Assembly: GCA_030066735.1 (NCBI GenBank) | Contig: JASJBB010000008.1 | Span: 826-64,825 of the forward strand | Length of the DNA stretch: 64,000 nucleotides | Source of the DNA: Woeseiaceae bacterium | GTDB taxonomy: Bacteria > Pseudomonadota > Gammaproteobacteria > Steroidobacterales > Woeseiaceae | Reading direction: 5' to 3' | Shown: in pieces, positions 27,882-39,984 of the stretch | How the letters are laid out: every line of letters begins with the position of its first letter | Position numbering within the stretch: position 1 is the stretch's first letter | Notes under the pieces: generated by a model | Databases searched by the model: none | What the model was told of the DNA's origin: nothing | What the model saw: the letters and a program-made list of their open reading frames with translations, nothing else | Program-made: the position numbers and the translations under genes

Positions 27882-29105
27882 ATGGCGACCGAACTGACCC
27901 CGATCGAAGAGCTCGACAAGAGCATCCTGCGCCTCTGCACGCACATCAATGCGGCCACCTTTGAATTGCTGGTGAAAATCCGCGAGTTCGACGAACGCGG
28001 TGGTTTCCTCAAATGGGGCCTGGATAACACGGCGACCTGGCTGGCCTGGCGCTGTGATCTTTCGATCGCCACCGCCAGGGAAAAAGTCCGCGTTGCGCAC
28101 ACCTTGAAGCGTCTGCCATTGGTGTGCGAGGCGTTCTCGACCGGCGAGCTGTCGTATTCGAAAGTCAGGTCGATTTCGCGCGTGGCGGATGCGGGCAGCG
28201 AGGAAGATCTCGTTGCGTTCGCGCTAAGAAATACTGCGAGCCACGTGGCCGACTATTGCCGGGAACTGCGCATGGGCGAAGCCGTATCCACGGGCATCGC
28301 GGAGCGCGCATTCGCCAGGCGCTCACTGCGCGTTCGGCGGGACGCCGATCGGGCGATGATCTCGGTTACCGTCGATCTGCCGATCGAGACCGGCGAGCTT
28401 CTCGAAAAGGCCCTCGACAAGGCGCGCGACGACGAGTGCCTGAAGGTTCCCGATCTCGTAGATACCTCCTGGTCCACGCGCCAGGCCGATGCGTTCGTCG
28501 CAATGCTCCGGGAGTATCTGCAGGGCGGGGAGGCCGAGGGCCGTTCCGACAATTACCTCGTCAACATTCATGTCGACCAGTCGGCACTGGCCGCCGACGT
28601 CGGAAGGTCATCGGTGCCACTCGAGACGGTCAAGAGACTGTGTTGCGACGGCCAGGCGGTCGTGCTGACAGAGACGAAGGAAGGCGAACCGCTCAGCATC
28701 GGCCGCAAGTCGCGGGTTGTGCCGAAAGGCATCGATCGCGCCGTCCGGGCACGCGACAACCACACCTGCCGTTTTCCGGGGTGCCGCAACAAGCGCTTCG
28801 TCGAGGTTCATCACATCGAGCATTGGGCCGATGGCGGTGAGACCGCGGTCGACAAGCTGATGTTGCTGTGCTCGAAGCACCACAAACTCGTGCACGAGGG
28901 CGGCTTTCGAATTGGCAAGGACTTCCAGGACCGCTGGGCATTCTTCCGCCCGGACGGCATTGCGGTGCCTGATTGCGGTTATCACGCTGCGGACGTAATT
29001 GATCTGGACAGCGGCGAGTTGTACCAGGACCCGCCACGTGGCGGGTTATTGAGCGCGATGGAAAAACTGGTCAACGAGCCGCCACCGCCGGAATATTTAC
29101 ACTAG
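27882..29105 (+). CDS. DUF222-type HNH endonuclease
   Basis: C-terminal HNH motif (HTCRFPGCRNKRFVEVHHIEHWADGGETAVDKLMLLCSKHHKLVHEGG). The N-terminal region (AATFELLVKIREFDERGGFLKWG..TATWLAWRCDLS..A) resembles the DUF222 domain. Confidence 0.82.
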   Translation: MATELTPIEELDKSILRLCTHINAATFELLVKIREFDERGGFLKWGLDNTATWLAWRCDLSIATAREKVRVAHTLKRLPLVCEAFSTGELSYSKVRSISRVADAGSEEDLVAFALRNTASHVADYCRELRMGEAVSTGIAERAFARRSLRVRRDADRAMISVTVDLPIETGELLEKALDKARDDECLKVPDLVDTSWSTRQADAFVAMLREYLQGGEAEGRSDNYLVNIHVDQSALAADVGRSSVPLETVKRLCCDGQAVVLTETKEGEPLSIGRKSRVVPKGIDRAVRARDNHTCRFPGCRNKRFVEVHHIEHWADGGETAVDKLMLLCSKHHKLVHEGGFRIGKDFQDRWAFFRPDGIAVPDCGYHAADVIDLDSGELYQDPPRGGLLSAMEKLVNEPPPPEYLH

Positions 29106-29186
29106 CTGGCTCGATCGAGCTCAACCAGCCGGCATAAAAAGTCCTAGATTCACTGTCCGCTATACCGCGGAAAGCAGCCGCTGGTA

Positions 29187-30260
29187 TTAGACAAACCTCA
29201 ATAGTTCATCGCCAAGAACGTCACGCCGCCATCCAGTGAGCAATTTCGAGTCGCGATCGCCGCTGATGATGACGGCAGACAGATCGCGTTTCGAGGCCAG
29301 CGTTTCTGCCGCGATGCCGAGATCTTCCGCGCAGGCAGCCACGTACTGCTGCATCTTCTTCAGTGCGGATTTCTGGGCCTCGTTCGGCGCGCCGGGAGGG
29401 CGGTAGTTCGCATCGGCCTTGCTGGCGCGGGCGACGGCATCGAGAATTTTCTTGCCCGACCGCCGGATGAGGCCGGCCGGCAATTCGTCGATCTCGCCGA
29501 GTGCCGCCATGTTGTCGGGCAGCGTCGTTGCAATCTCGAGTAATGCGGTGTCCTTGGCGATCCATTGACGGGGCCGGTTGGCCCGCAGCGCTTCCTCTTC
29601 GCGCCAGGCCGCCAGGTTCGCCGCTGCCGCGCGCCGCCGGCCGCGCATGTTGCGTGCGCCCTTGAGACGGCCGATCGCGAGCTGCGGATCCACATCGTAG
29701 AGTGCGGGGTCCAGCAGCATGGCCGAATCCTCTTCGGCCCAGGACAAGCGTCCTTTCTTGTCCAGCTGTTCGGCGAGCCGTTCCCGCGCCGGCAACAGGA
29801 ACTCCACATCCTCGGCCGCGTAGTGCAGGTACTCCGCCGGCAACGGGCGGCGGGACCAGTTCGCCCGCGTGTGCGTCTTGTCGATCTCGGCGTCGAAGAG
29901 CTCCCTGACGAGGGTCGCATAGCCCATCTGCGGGGCATAGCCGAGCAGGCCCGCGGCGATCTGCGTATCGAACAGGCGTTCGGGCATGCGCCCGGCCGTG
30001 TGAAAGATGACTTCGATGTCCTGCCGGCCGGAATGCAATACCCAGGTGTCTTGCATCAGGGCATCCCAGAACGCCGCCATGGGGTCGCCGCCGAGAGGGT
30101 CCACACAGAAGATCGCGCTGCCTGTCGCAACCTGCACCAGGCACAGTTCGGCGAAGAAGGTCTTCTCGCGCATGAACTCGGTATCGACTCCGACATACTC
30201 GTGCCGACCGAGGTCCGTAGCGATGGCATCGGGCTGCTCGACGAGCTGGTAGTCAGGCAT
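29187..30260 (-). CDS. rnd: ribonuclease D
   Basis: DEDD exonuclease motifs (VGVDTEFMRE, LHSGRQDIEV, YAAEDVEFL) plus an HRDC-like C-terminal part. Confidence 0.88.
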   Translation of the reverse strand: MPDYQLVEQPDAIATDLGRHEYVGVDTEFMREKTFFAELCLVQVATGSAIFCVDPLGGDPMAAFWDALMQDTWVLHSGRQDIEVIFHTAGRMPERLFDTQIAAGLLGYAPQMGYATLVRELFDAEIDKTHTRANWSRRPLPAEYLHYAAEDVEFLLPARERLAEQLDKKGRLSWAEEDSAMLLDPALYDVDPQLAIGRLKGARNMRGRRRAAAANLAAWREEEALRANRPRQWIAKDTALLEIATTLPDNMAALGEIDELPAGLIRRSGKKILDAVARASKADANYRPPGAPNEAQKSALKKMQQYVAACAEDLGIAAETLASKRDLSAVIISGDRDSKLLTGWRRDVLGDELLRFV

Positions 30261-30303
30261 GGGAGGCGAGGTGCGTCATTTCGAATCGGGAGGTTAACAT
30301 GCG

Positions 30304-30843
30304 ATGATTGCGCTTCCGAATTACCGACCGTGCCGATCATTGCTGCCACTCGTTAGAACCCTGTTCGACATCACACTGCTGCGCAAAGGTCCCGATAGCA
30401 TTCCGCCGTCGATGATTGTCCTGCTGTTGGTCATCGGTCTGTGGCTGTTTTCGTCGCTCGCCGTGTTATCGCTGATCGAGGGGTACGACGAACGGGATTT
30501 CGTTATCGGGCTCTACACGGCGCTGGCGGGCGTTGTCGCTTACACCGTCATCCTCGTGGTGGCCGGGCACGGATCGAGGGCGATGCAGACGGTGACCGCC
30601 ATCCTGGGTTGCGGCGCCCTGATCTCGCTGGCATTCGTCGCCGAGTTCGTATTATTCATGCCGTTCCTGGGCGAGACGATCACGGCGATCGTCGCCCAGC
30701 TGATTCTGTTGTGGTCGGTTCCGGTCGAAGGTCATATCATTGCCCGCGCGCTGGGACGGCACTGGTACATAGGCATCGTCATCGCGATTACTGTTTTCGC
30801 AATGCAATACGTCATCTTCAGAACCCTTTCGCCGGCGAGCTGA
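30304..30843 (+). CDS. hypothetical polytopic inner-membrane protein
   Basis: About five hydrophobic helices; I recognise no catalytic motif. The true start may lie downstream, for example near VRTLFDITLL. Confidence 0.5.
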   Translation: MIALPNYRPCRSLLPLVRTLFDITLLRKGPDSIPPSMIVLLLVIGLWLFSSLAVLSLIEGYDERDFVIGLYTALAGVVAYTVILVVAGHGSRAMQTVTAILGCGALISLAFVAEFVLFMPFLGETITAIVAQLILLWSVPVEGHIIARALGRHWYIGIVIAITVFAMQYVIFRTLSPAS

Positions 30844-30850
30844 GTAACGC

Positions 30851-32221
30851 ATGCACATACACATCCTGGGAATCTGTGGAACCTTCATGGGCGGCGTTGC
30901 CGCCCTGGCCCGGGCTGCCGGTTTTCGTGTGACGGGTTCCGACAGCGCCGTATACCCGCCCATGAGCACCCAGCTGCGCGACCTCGGCATCGAAATTCAC
31001 GAGGGTTTCGATGCCGCCCAGCTCGATCCGGCGCCGGACTGCATCGTCGTCGGCAACGTCATGACGCGCGGCAATGAGGCCGTCGAAGCCATGCTGGACC
31101 GGGGGTTGCCGTATACCTCGGGCCCACGCTGGCTTGCCGACAACGTGCTGCACAAACGTCATGTGCTCGCCGTTGCGGGCACCCACGGCAAGACGACGGG
31201 TGCCAGCATGCTCGCCTGGATTCTGCAGCATGCGGGAAAGGCGCCAGGCTTCCTGATTGGCGGAATTCCCGTCAATTTCGGCGTGTCGGCCAGCTTCGGC
31301 GAATCGGAGTACTTCGTCGTCGAGGCCGACGAATACGACACGGCGTTCTTCGACAAACGCGCCAAGTTCGTCCACTACAGTCCGCGCACGCTGGTGCTCA
31401 ACAACCTCGAGTTCGATCACGCGGATATCTACAAGGACGTCGCCGCCATCCAGTGGCAGTTTCACCAGCTGCTGCGCACGGTGCCGGGCAGCGGCAGAAT
31501 TGTGATGAATAACGCCGACGACCAGCTGCAACAGGTCATCGACATGGGCTGCTGGACCCCGACCGAGACGTTCGGCAGCGCCGGGGACGCCGACTGGACG
31601 GCCGAGTTCATGGATGCCGCGGAACGGCGTATCGCCATCACCGACCCGGAGGGCCGGTCAGGCGAAACGCGCTGGAACATGGGCGGGCGCCATAACCTGG
31701 AAAATGCGCTGGCGGCCGTCGCTGCCGCACGATCGGCGGGCGTTTCGCTGCAGCAGTCGCTGGCCGCGCTGTCGACGTTCGAGGGCGTCAAGCGGCGCAT
31801 GGAGCGGACGGCGACGGTGGCAGACATCGCGATTTACGACGATTTCGCGCATCACCCGACCGCCGTTCGCCGATCCATCGCCGCCATGAAGCGCCGCTAC
31901 CCCGGGCAGCGAATTGTCGTGGCGATCGAGCCGCGCTCGAACACGATGAAACTGGGCGTGCACAACGAGGCGCTGGCCGCGTCGCTGGCCGACGCCGACC
32001 TGGTCTGGATGTATCGACCCGACGGCATGGACGAGCAGTTCGATGCTGCGCTCGAACCCGTCGGCGACCGGCTGAGGAGTTTCAACGACTACGACAAGCT
32101 CGTATCCGACATGTCTTCAAAGGTGCTGTCCGGCGACCAGGTCATTTTCATGAGCAATGGCAGTTTCGGGTCCGCGCGCCAGACCCTGACCGCGGTACTG
32201 CAGCGCACCCGCCAGAAATAA
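30851..32221 (+). CDS. mpl: UDP-N-acetylmuramate:L-alanyl-gamma-D-glutamyl-meso-diaminopimelate ligase
   Basis: MHIHILGICGTFMGGVA...; Mur ligase P-loop AGTHGKTT; DDFAHHPTA. Confidence 0.9.
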   Translation: MHIHILGICGTFMGGVAALARAAGFRVTGSDSAVYPPMSTQLRDLGIEIHEGFDAAQLDPAPDCIVVGNVMTRGNEAVEAMLDRGLPYTSGPRWLADNVLHKRHVLAVAGTHGKTTGASMLAWILQHAGKAPGFLIGGIPVNFGVSASFGESEYFVVEADEYDTAFFDKRAKFVHYSPRTLVLNNLEFDHADIYKDVAAIQWQFHQLLRTVPGSGRIVMNNADDQLQQVIDMGCWTPTETFGSAGDADWTAEFMDAAERRIAITDPEGRSGETRWNMGGRHNLENALAAVAAARSAGVSLQQSLAALSTFEGVKRRMERTATVADIAIYDDFAHHPTAVRRSIAAMKRRYPGQRIVVAIEPRSNTMKLGVHNEALAASLADADLVWMYRPDGMDEQFDAALEPVGDRLRSFNDYDKLVSDMSSKVLSGDQVIFMSNGSFGSARQTLTAVLQRTRQK

Positions 32222-32273
32222 TCGCCCGGCGCCGACTATACTCGGGTAACAGGCGACGATTTCAGGACTCCGG

Positions 32274-32861
32274 GTGCAGGTTCCACTTTTTCCATTGAAT
32301 ACCGTGTTGTTTCCTGGCGGGCCGCTGCCGCTGCGGATCTTCGAGCCGCGCTACGTCGGCATGGTGCGGGATTGTGTCCGGGACGATGCGCCGTTCGGCG
32401 TGTTGCTAATCAAGGAAGGGCAGGAGACCGGACCGGCGTCAACCTACGACGTCGGCACGCTCGCGAAAATTTGCGACTGGTACCAGGGCAGTGACGGCCT
32501 GCTCGGCGTTACGGCGATAGGCCTGCAGCGCTTCCGGGTGCTGTCGAGCCGGCGAGAGGCCAGCGGCCTCAATGTCGGGACAGTGGAGCTTCTGCCTGCC
32601 GAGGCGCCGGTGCCACTACCGGCAGAAGACGAGGACATGTCGGCGATTCTGGGCGATGTGCTGGACGACCTGGGCCGGCTGTACGAGTCGCTGGACCGGC
32701 ACATGGATGATGCCGGCTGGGTGACGAGCCGCTTCGTCGAGATCCTGCCCATCGACCTCGAGCACAAGCAGCGCTGCCTGGAAAACTGCGACCCGCAAGA
32801 GCGCCTGCGGCTGGTTCGCGAGCTGCTCGATGCAGCCCGGAGCCCGGGCAGCCGCACTTAG
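32274..32861 (+). CDS. LON peptidase substrate-binding (Lon N-terminal) domain protein
   Basis: LFPLNTVLFPGGPLPLRIFEPRY is the characteristic Lon-N start; 195 aa. Confidence 0.8.
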   Translation: MQVPLFPLNTVLFPGGPLPLRIFEPRYVGMVRDCVRDDAPFGVLLIKEGQETGPASTYDVGTLAKICDWYQGSDGLLGVTAIGLQRFRVLSSRREASGLNVGTVELLPAEAPVPLPAEDEDMSAILGDVLDDLGRLYESLDRHMDDAGWVTSRFVEILPIDLEHKQRCLENCDPQERLRLVRELLDAARSPGSRT

Positions 32862-32923
32862 GGTGGTAACGGAGTCCGGATCAGGGTTTTACCCTATGCC
32901 CGGTTGCTCTGCGGGCTGCTAGT

Positions 32924-33319
32924 TTGGTCTGCATCATGAACCGCAAACCGCATTACCGCCTGGCCTTGGCCGCCGTGCTGGCGACGCTGGTCCTGCGTGC
33001 CGCAATCCCGGCCGGCTTCATGCCGTCCGCGGCTGCTGACGGTTTGCCGTTCGAAATGTGCCCGTCAGCGGTTCCGGCCGCGATTCTCGCAGCCATGTCG
33101 GGCGCCGGGCATCACCATGGGCACGGATCCGAACCCGCCGGCAAGCACTTCGATACCGGCAGTTGCCCGATTGGCCAGTCGCTGTCGTACGCCGTGGCGG
33201 TCGACGCGTTTGCGTTCGCGGATATTCCACCCGCAGCCGCAGCGCTCAACGCGACCCGCCCGGACGTCTTGCATTCCTTTGCTCAGCCCCACCGCCGATC
33301 CCGCGACCCTCCTGCCTGA
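32924..33319 (+). CDS. small exported His-rich protein, DUF2946-like
   Basis: Signal/TM segment (LALAAVLATLVLRAAIPAGFMP); Cys and His-rich stretch (CPS...GAGHHHGHGS...GSCPIG). It sits directly upstream of a TonB-dependent receptor, as DUF2946 genes usually do. An alternative start is at 32936. Confidence 0.5.
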   Translation: MVCIMNRKPHYRLALAAVLATLVLRAAIPAGFMPSAAADGLPFEMCPSAVPAAILAAMSGAGHHHGHGSEPAGKHFDTGSCPIGQSLSYAVAVDAFAFADIPPAAAALNATRPDVLHSFAQPHRRSRDPPA

Positions 33320-33380
33320 GTAGCACACTCGATTCGTCTCGGCGTCACGGCGCCGATTCTGTGCTATCAGGAGAAAAAAA

Positions 33381-35462
33381 TTGCAAACGATAAAGCTATT
33401 GGCAGTGGCCGGGATGGTCATGCTGCCGTTTTCGTCCGTCGCAGACGACGCGGTCGTCGGGGACGAACAGGAGCCCGACGAGATCGTCGTCGTCGGGCGC
33501 TCCATCGCTACGAGTTCGGCCAGGATTGAAGTCGAACGCGAGCTGCTGGTGGATACCGCAGCCGCGCTGCGCGACATTCCGGGCGCGACCGTCAATCGCA
33601 ACGGCCCGCTGACGGGCATTGCGCAGTACCGCGGCATGTTCGGCGACCGCATCGCGGTGGACATCGATGCACTGGGCGTCATCTCGGGCGGTCCCAACGC
33701 CATGGATGCGCCGCTGTCGTACATGTCGCCGATGATGACCGAGGAACTGGTCGTGACTCGCGGCATTGCGAGCGTATCGCTGGCGCCCGAGGCCATTGGC
33801 GGCCACGTCAGCACGCGCACGTCGCGCGGCGATTTTGGCAGTGACGATCTCGGGTTGTCCGGCATGATCGGTACGCGCTACTCGGACAACGGCAATATCA
33901 GCACGACGGCCGCCCGGCTGACGCTGGCCAGCGAGCAACACCGGCTGTCGGCCATTGCCGAATTCGACAGCGGCGACGACATCGAAACGCCGAAGGGCGA
34001 CATCGTGCCCACGCGCATCGATCGCGACCGTTACGACGTGAGTTACGGCTACGACGATGGCAGCCGCGAGATCCTGCTGTTTGCCGGCAAGCTCGAAACC
34101 GGCGAGACGGGCACGCCGGCGTTGCCGATGGACATCATCTTCATTGACACGGAGCTCTACGGCGCCCGGCTGGGGTTCGACGTATCCGACAACGTCAGGA
34201 TCGACGGCCGGTTCGGTTACAACGACGTGGCGCACGTGATGGACAACTTCTCGCTGCGCCAGGCGCCAATGGCCATGCGCCAGCGCCTGAATACCACGTC
34301 CGGGTCCGGGTCGCAGTTTTTCCTGGCGGCAACGGTCGATCGCAACGGTTCGTCCTGGCAGTTCGGCATCGATGGCATCGACGCGGCGCACGACTCGGTC
34401 ATCACGAACCCGAATAACGCCATGTTCCGCGTCGACAACTTCATCGACGTCGAACGCCGGCTCATCGGCGCTTTCGCGGAACTGACTCGGGACCTCGGGG
34501 ATGGCCAGTTCGAGCTTGGCGCGCGCTACAACCGCGTTTCGACCGACGCCGGCGAAGTCGGCGCGGCCGGAATGATGGGCGACATGGGCACCCGCATCGG
34601 CGAGCTGGCACAGGCTTTCAATGCTGCGAACCGCGACCTCGACTGGGGCTCGCTCGACGTCGTGGGCAAGTACCGGTGGCATACCTCGGCAACCACGGAG
34701 TGGTCCGTGGAGATCGGCAGCAAGAGCCGCGCGCCGTCTTACCAGGAGCTGTATCTCTGGTTGCCGCTGCAGGCGACGGGCGGACTGGCCGATGGCAGGA
34801 CTTATGTCGGCAGCCTCGACCTCGAGGCCGAGGAGTCCCGCGAGCTGGTCGTGGGCGTCGGCACCGAGATCGGCCGCTTCGCCATGACGCCGCAACTGTA
34901 TTTCCGCCGGGTCGACGACTACATCCTCGGCGTGCCGTCGGGGAACATGCTGGCAAACATGGTTGCGACCATGATGTCGGGCAGCGAACCATTGCAGTTC
35001 GACAATGTTGACGCCGAGATCTGGGGCCTGGATGCCGCCTGGAGCTACGAACTCTCGGATAATCTGCTGCTCGATGGCATCGTCAGCCTGGCGCGCGGCA
35101 AGCGCACCGATACGAATGACCCTCTGTATCGGCTATCGCCGCTCAATGGCAGCGTCGGGCTGACCTATGCGGCTGAGAAGTGGTCGCTCAAGTCGGAGGT
35201 CATCGGCTTCGCCGACCAGGATCGCGTGTCGTCGATCAACAATGAGCTGGAAACGCCGGGATACTGGCTCGTCAACCTCGGCTTCCGCTGGAACCCCGTG
35301 CAGTCACTGCGCGTCGAAGCCCGGGTCGACAACCTGTTCGACGAGGCGTACCAGAACCACGTCACTGGCATAAACCGCGCAGCCGGGTCCGACGTTCCTG
35401 TCGGCGAGCGGCTGTGGGGCGCCGGGCGAACGCTGAGCGCGGGAGTGGTTTACCGCTTCTAG
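33381..35462 (+). CDS. TonB-dependent outer-membrane receptor (copper/metal-type by context)
   Basis: Signal peptide; plug-domain motifs ([28 protein letters not shown]); C-terminal ...[15 protein letters not shown] start with AGGAG 8 nt upstream. Confidence 0.88.
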   Translation: MQTIKLLAVAGMVMLPFSSVADDAVVGDEQEPDEIVVVGRSIATSSARIEVERELLVDTAAALRDIPGATVNRNGPLTGIAQYRGMFGDRIAVDIDALGVISGGPNAMDAPLSYMSPMMTEELVVTRGIASVSLAPEAIGGHVSTRTSRGDFGSDDLGLSGMIGTRYSDNGNISTTAARLTLASEQHRLSAIAEFDSGDDIETPKGDIVPTRIDRDRYDVSYGYDDGSREILLFAGKLETGETGTPALPMDIIFIDTELYGARLGFDVSDNVRIDGRFGYNDVAHVMDNFSLRQAPMAMRQRLNTTSGSGSQFFLAATVDRNGSSWQFGIDGIDAAHDSVITNPNNAMFRVDNFIDVERRLIGAFAELTRDLGDGQFELGARYNRVSTDAGEVGAAGMMGDMGTRIGELAQAFNAANRDLDWGSLDVVGKYRWHTSATTEWSVEIGSKSRAPSYQELYLWLPLQATGGLADGRTYVGSLDLEAEESRELVVGVGTEIGRFAMTPQLYFRRVDDYILGVPSGNMLANMVATMMSGSEPLQFDNVDAEIWGLDAAWSYELSDNLLLDGIVSLARGKRTDTNDPLYRLSPLNGSVGLTYAAEKWSLKSEVIGFADQDRVSSINNELETPGYWLVNLGFRWNPVQSLRVEARVDNLFDEAYQNHVTGINRAAGSDVPVGERLWGAGRTLSAGVVYRF

Positions 35463-36727
35463 AGCGTCGCCATCACCTTGCGCGCGGCCGAGATCGTCTG
35501 ATCGATTTCGGCCGCGCCGTGTGCGGCTGACACAAAACCGGCTTCAAAGGCCGACGGGGCCAGGTAGATCCCTTCGTCCAGCATGCCGTGGAAGAACCGC
35601 TTGAAGCGATCCACGTCGGCCGCCGCGACATCGTCGAATGTGCTTACCCGGTCGCGATCAGTAAACACCAGGCCGAACATGCCGCCCTCGTTTTCTACGG
35701 CGACCGGCACGCCGGTTTCTTCGGCGGCTGCTGCGAGCCCGTCCACCAGGGACTGCGTGGTTGCAGAAAGGGCGGTCCAGAACTCGTCGTTGTCGATAAG
35801 CTCGAGCGTTTTCAGGCCTGCCGCCATCGCCACCGGGTTGCCGGACAGGGTGCCGGCCTGGTAGACGGGTCCGTCGGGCGCGATGCTGGCCATGACGTCA
35901 CCCCGGCCGCAATAGGCTGCCGCGGGCATGCCGCCGCCAATGACCTTGCCGAGCGTCGTAATGTCCGGTTCGACGCCATACAGCGACTGCGCGCAGCCGC
36001 GCGCCACGCGAAAACCGGTCATGACCTCGTCGAAGATCAGCAAGGCGCCGGCCCCGGTGCACTCCTCGCGCAATGCTTCGAGGAAACCGGCGACCGGTTT
36101 GACCATGTTCATGTTGCCCGCAATCGGTTCGACGATAACGCAGGCGATCTGGTCACCGAGTTCCGCGAAGGCGGACCGGACGCCGTCGATGTCGTTGAAG
36201 GACAGCGTGATCGTGTGCTCGGCGAGTCCGGCCGGCACGCCCGGCGAGCTCGGCACGCCGAGTGTGAGCGCGCCGGACCCGGCCTTTATCAGCAGCGAGT
36301 CGGAGTGGCCGTGATAGCAGCCTTCGAACTTGACGATCTTGTCGCGTCCGGTGTGGCCGCGCGCCAGGCGAATGGCGCTCATCGTCGCCTCGGTGCCCGA
36401 GCTGACCATGCGCACCTTGTCCACGGACGGCAGCATGGCGCAGACCTTCTCGGCGATGCGCGTCTCGAGCACGCAGGGGGCGCCGAAGCTCAATCCGTCA
36501 CGCGCTGTTTCGATCACCGTCTCGATGACCTCGGGGTGTGCGTGGCCGAGGATCATCGGTCCCCAGGACCCCACGTAGTCGATGTACTCGCGGCCGTCTT
36601 CCGACTGCACCCGGGCGCCGGATGCACTGTGGAAGAACACCGGTTCTCCGCCGACCCCGGCGAACGCGCGTACCGGGGAATTTACTCCACCCGCAATCAC
36701 CTCGCGGGCGTCGGAAAAGTAACTCAT
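35459..36727 (-). CDS. hemL: glutamate-1-semialdehyde 2,1-aminomutase
   Basis: [13 protein letters not shown]...[18 protein letters not shown]...FDEVMTGFR. Confidence 0.95.
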   Translation of the reverse strand: MSYFSDAREVIAGGVNSPVRAFAGVGGEPVFFHSASGARVQSEDGREYIDYVGSWGPMILGHAHPEVIETVIETARDGLSFGAPCVLETRIAEKVCAMLPSVDKVRMVSSGTEATMSAIRLARGHTGRDKIVKFEGCYHGHSDSLLIKAGSGALTLGVPSSPGVPAGLAEHTITLSFNDIDGVRSAFAELGDQIACVIVEPIAGNMNMVKPVAGFLEALREECTGAGALLIFDEVMTGFRVARGCAQSLYGVEPDITTLGKVIGGGMPAAAYCGRGDVMASIAPDGPVYQAGTLSGNPVAMAAGLKTLELIDNDEFWTALSATTQSLVDGLAAAAEETGVPVAVENEGGMFGLVFTDRDRVSTFDDVAAADVDRFKRFFHGMLDEGIYLAPSAFEAGFVSAAHGAAEIDQTISAARKVMATL

Positions 36728-36737
36728 GCAAATCTCT

Positions 36738-37487
36738 CTAGTCAGTTAGCCAAACGAGTTCGTTGTCGAGGCCGCCGTCGGCGAGCAGCCGGAGGCGGCG
36801 GTACGCCGGCGGGTTGTCGTCAACGGCAAACAGCGTGCTGCGCTGCTTGAACTGCCGACAGGTCGACGGGGTGCCGATAATCCGTACGCCATCGTGCTCG
36901 GCATCGTAAGGCTGGTGGACGTGGCCGAAGACGACAACCCGTACTTTCCCGGATACCCCGAGACGCTGCAGCAGCTCTGCACCGTTTTCCAGCCCGACCG
37001 AGTCGAGCCAGCGGCTCTGCATCGGCACGGGCGGATGATGCAGACAGACCATGACGTGCGCCGCATCGGTGCCGTCAATCTCCTGGTCGAGCCGTTCCAG
37101 CTCCGCGGCCGAAACATGGCCGCCGGCCTGTCCGGTGATGCAGCTGTCGATGTTGACGATGAGCCAGTCGCCAGACCGCAGGGAGGCGCAATAGTGAAAC
37201 GGCGGTTCGGCAAGCGCCTGTTGCATCAGGCGCCGCACGTCGTGGTTGCCAGGCAGGCAGTAGACGGGTATGCCCAGCGTGGCCAGCAGGTCCTTGAAGT
37301 GGTCGTAAGCCGCGGCGCTGTCGTCGTGGATCAGGTCGCCCGTGACCAGCGCAATGTCCGCCCGCCAGTCTCCGTTCCGGTAATGATCAAGCACCGCGGA
37401 CAGCGACGCATGCGTCGCTGTGCCACGCAGCTCGCCCGACCTGTCGGCAAACAGGTGCGGGTCGGTCAGGTGCAGTGCGTTTATCAA
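36738..37487 (-). CDS. cpdA: 3',5'-cyclic-nucleotide phosphodiesterase (class III, CpdA-like metallophosphoesterase)
   Basis: Motifs [34 protein letters not shown]. Only the last 250 codons of ORF 36738..38255 are used. Proposed TTG start at 37487 overlaps the ahcY TGA stop. Confidence 0.75.
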   Translation of the reverse strand: MINALHLTDPHLFADRSGELRGTATHASLSAVLDHYRNGDWRADIALVTGDLIHDDSAAAYDHFKDLLATLGIPVYCLPGNHDVRRLMQQALAEPPFHYCASLRSGDWLIVNIDSCITGQAGGHVSAAELERLDQEIDGTDAAHVMVCLHHPPVPMQSRWLDSVGLENGAELLQRLGVSGKVRVVVFGHVHQPYDAEHDGVRIIGTPSTCRQFKQRSTLFAVDDNPPAYRRLRLLADGGLDNELVWLTD

Positions 37488-38797
37488 TACCGGTACGTGT
37501 CCGGCTTGTACGGCCCTTCCTTGGCGACGCCGATGTATTCGGCCTGTTCGTCGGTCAGCTCGGTCAATTTGGCGCCAATGCGGTCCAGGTGCAGTCGCGC
37601 GACCTTTTCGTCGAGATGCTTGGGCAGCACGTAGACCTTGTTCTCGTACTGGTCGCCGTTCTGCCAGAGCTCGATCTGCGCCATCACCTGGTTGGTGAAA
37701 GAGTTGGACATGACGAAGCTCGGGTGGCCCGTGGCACAACCCAGGTTCACGAGCCGGCCCTCGGCCAGCACGATGATCCGTTTGCCGTCCGGGAAGATCA
37801 CATGGTCGACCTGTGGCTTGATGTTCTCCCACTCGTACTGTTGCAGGTAGGCGATATCGATCTCGTTGTCGAAATGGCCGATGTTGCAGAGGATCGCCTG
37901 GTCTTTCATGCGTTCCATATGCGGCCCGGTGACGACATGGTAATTGCCGGTGGCGGTCACAACGATATCCGCCTGGTCGCAGACCTCGTCGAAATCGACG
38001 ACCCGGTAGCCTTCCATCGCGGCCTGCAGGGCGTTGATCGGGTCGATTTCGGTGATCCAGACCGTCGCGCCGAGACCGCGCAGCGACTGGGCGGAGCCTT
38101 TGCCAACGTCGCCATAGCCGCACACGATCGCAATCTTGCCGGCGATCATGACGTCGGTGGCGCGCTTGATGCCGTCCACGAGCGATTCGCGGCAGCCGTA
38201 CAGATTGTCGAATTTCGACTTGGTGACCGAGTCGTTGACATTGAACGCGGGACACATCAGCGTGCCGTCGTCCATCATCTTGCGCAGCGCCTTGACGCCC
38301 GTCGTGGTTTCCTCGGACAGGCCTTTGACCTGCTTCATGATCTCGGGAAACTTGTCGTGCATGACCATGGTCAGGTCGCCGCCATCATCGAGGATCATGT
38401 TCGGCGTCCAGCCGTCCGGCCCCGTGATGGTCTGGTCGACGCACCACCAGTACTCTTCTTCGCTCTCGCCCTTCCAGGCGAATACCGGGATGCCCTCGGC
38501 TGCGATCGCGGCGGCAGCATGGTCCTGCGTCGAGAAGATATTGCAGGACGACCAGCGAATATCAGCGCCGAGATCGCGCAGCGTCTCGATGAGTACGGCC
38601 GTCTGGATGGTCATGTGCAGGCAGCCGGCCAGCCGCACGCCCTCGAGCGGCTGCTGGTCGCGGTACTCTTCGCGCACGGCCATGAGGCCGGGCATCTCGG
38701 TTTCGGCGATCGCGATTTCCTTGCGGCCAAATTCGGCGAGAGCAATGTCGGCGACCTTGTAGTCGTTCTTCGCAATGGCAACGGCTTCGCTGCTCAT
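37484..38797 (-). CDS. ahcY: adenosylhomocysteinase
   Basis: [27 protein letters not shown]...; NAD motif CGYGDVGKG; [11 protein letters not shown]. Confidence 0.95.
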   Translation of the reverse strand: MSSEAVAIAKNDYKVADIALAEFGRKEIAIAETEMPGLMAVREEYRDQQPLEGVRLAGCLHMTIQTAVLIETLRDLGADIRWSSCNIFSTQDHAAAAIAAEGIPVFAWKGESEEEYWWCVDQTITGPDGWTPNMILDDGGDLTMVMHDKFPEIMKQVKGLSEETTTGVKALRKMMDDGTLMCPAFNVNDSVTKSKFDNLYGCRESLVDGIKRATDVMIAGKIAIVCGYGDVGKGSAQSLRGLGATVWITEIDPINALQAAMEGYRVVDFDEVCDQADIVVTATGNYHVVTGPHMERMKDQAILCNIGHFDNEIDIAYLQQYEWENIKPQVDHVIFPDGKRIIVLAEGRLVNLGCATGHPSFVMSNSFTNQVMAQIELWQNGDQYENKVYVLPKHLDEKVARLHLDRIGAKLTELTDEQAEYIGVAKEGPYKPDTYRY

Positions 38798-38823
38798 GGG
38801 GTTCTCCTGGATAGTAATAAGGG

Positions 38824-39984
<1,161 letters not shown>

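Noticed and set aside
27803-29186. The HNH/DUF222 gene as part of a mobile element, prophage remnant or defence island.
   Set aside because: There is no integrase, transposase or partner gene. I found no terminal inverted repeats or target-site duplication in the flanks. The GC content of the ORF resembles the host. It is a single gene between two housekeeping genes, so only the LexA-box observation is retained.
36738-38255. A 505-aa ORF suggests a large protein upstream of hemL.
   Set aside because: Only the C-terminal 250 codons carry the metallophosphoesterase motifs (CpdA). The N-terminal 255 codons overlap ahcY in another frame and are Arg/Pro/Gly-rich shadow sequence.
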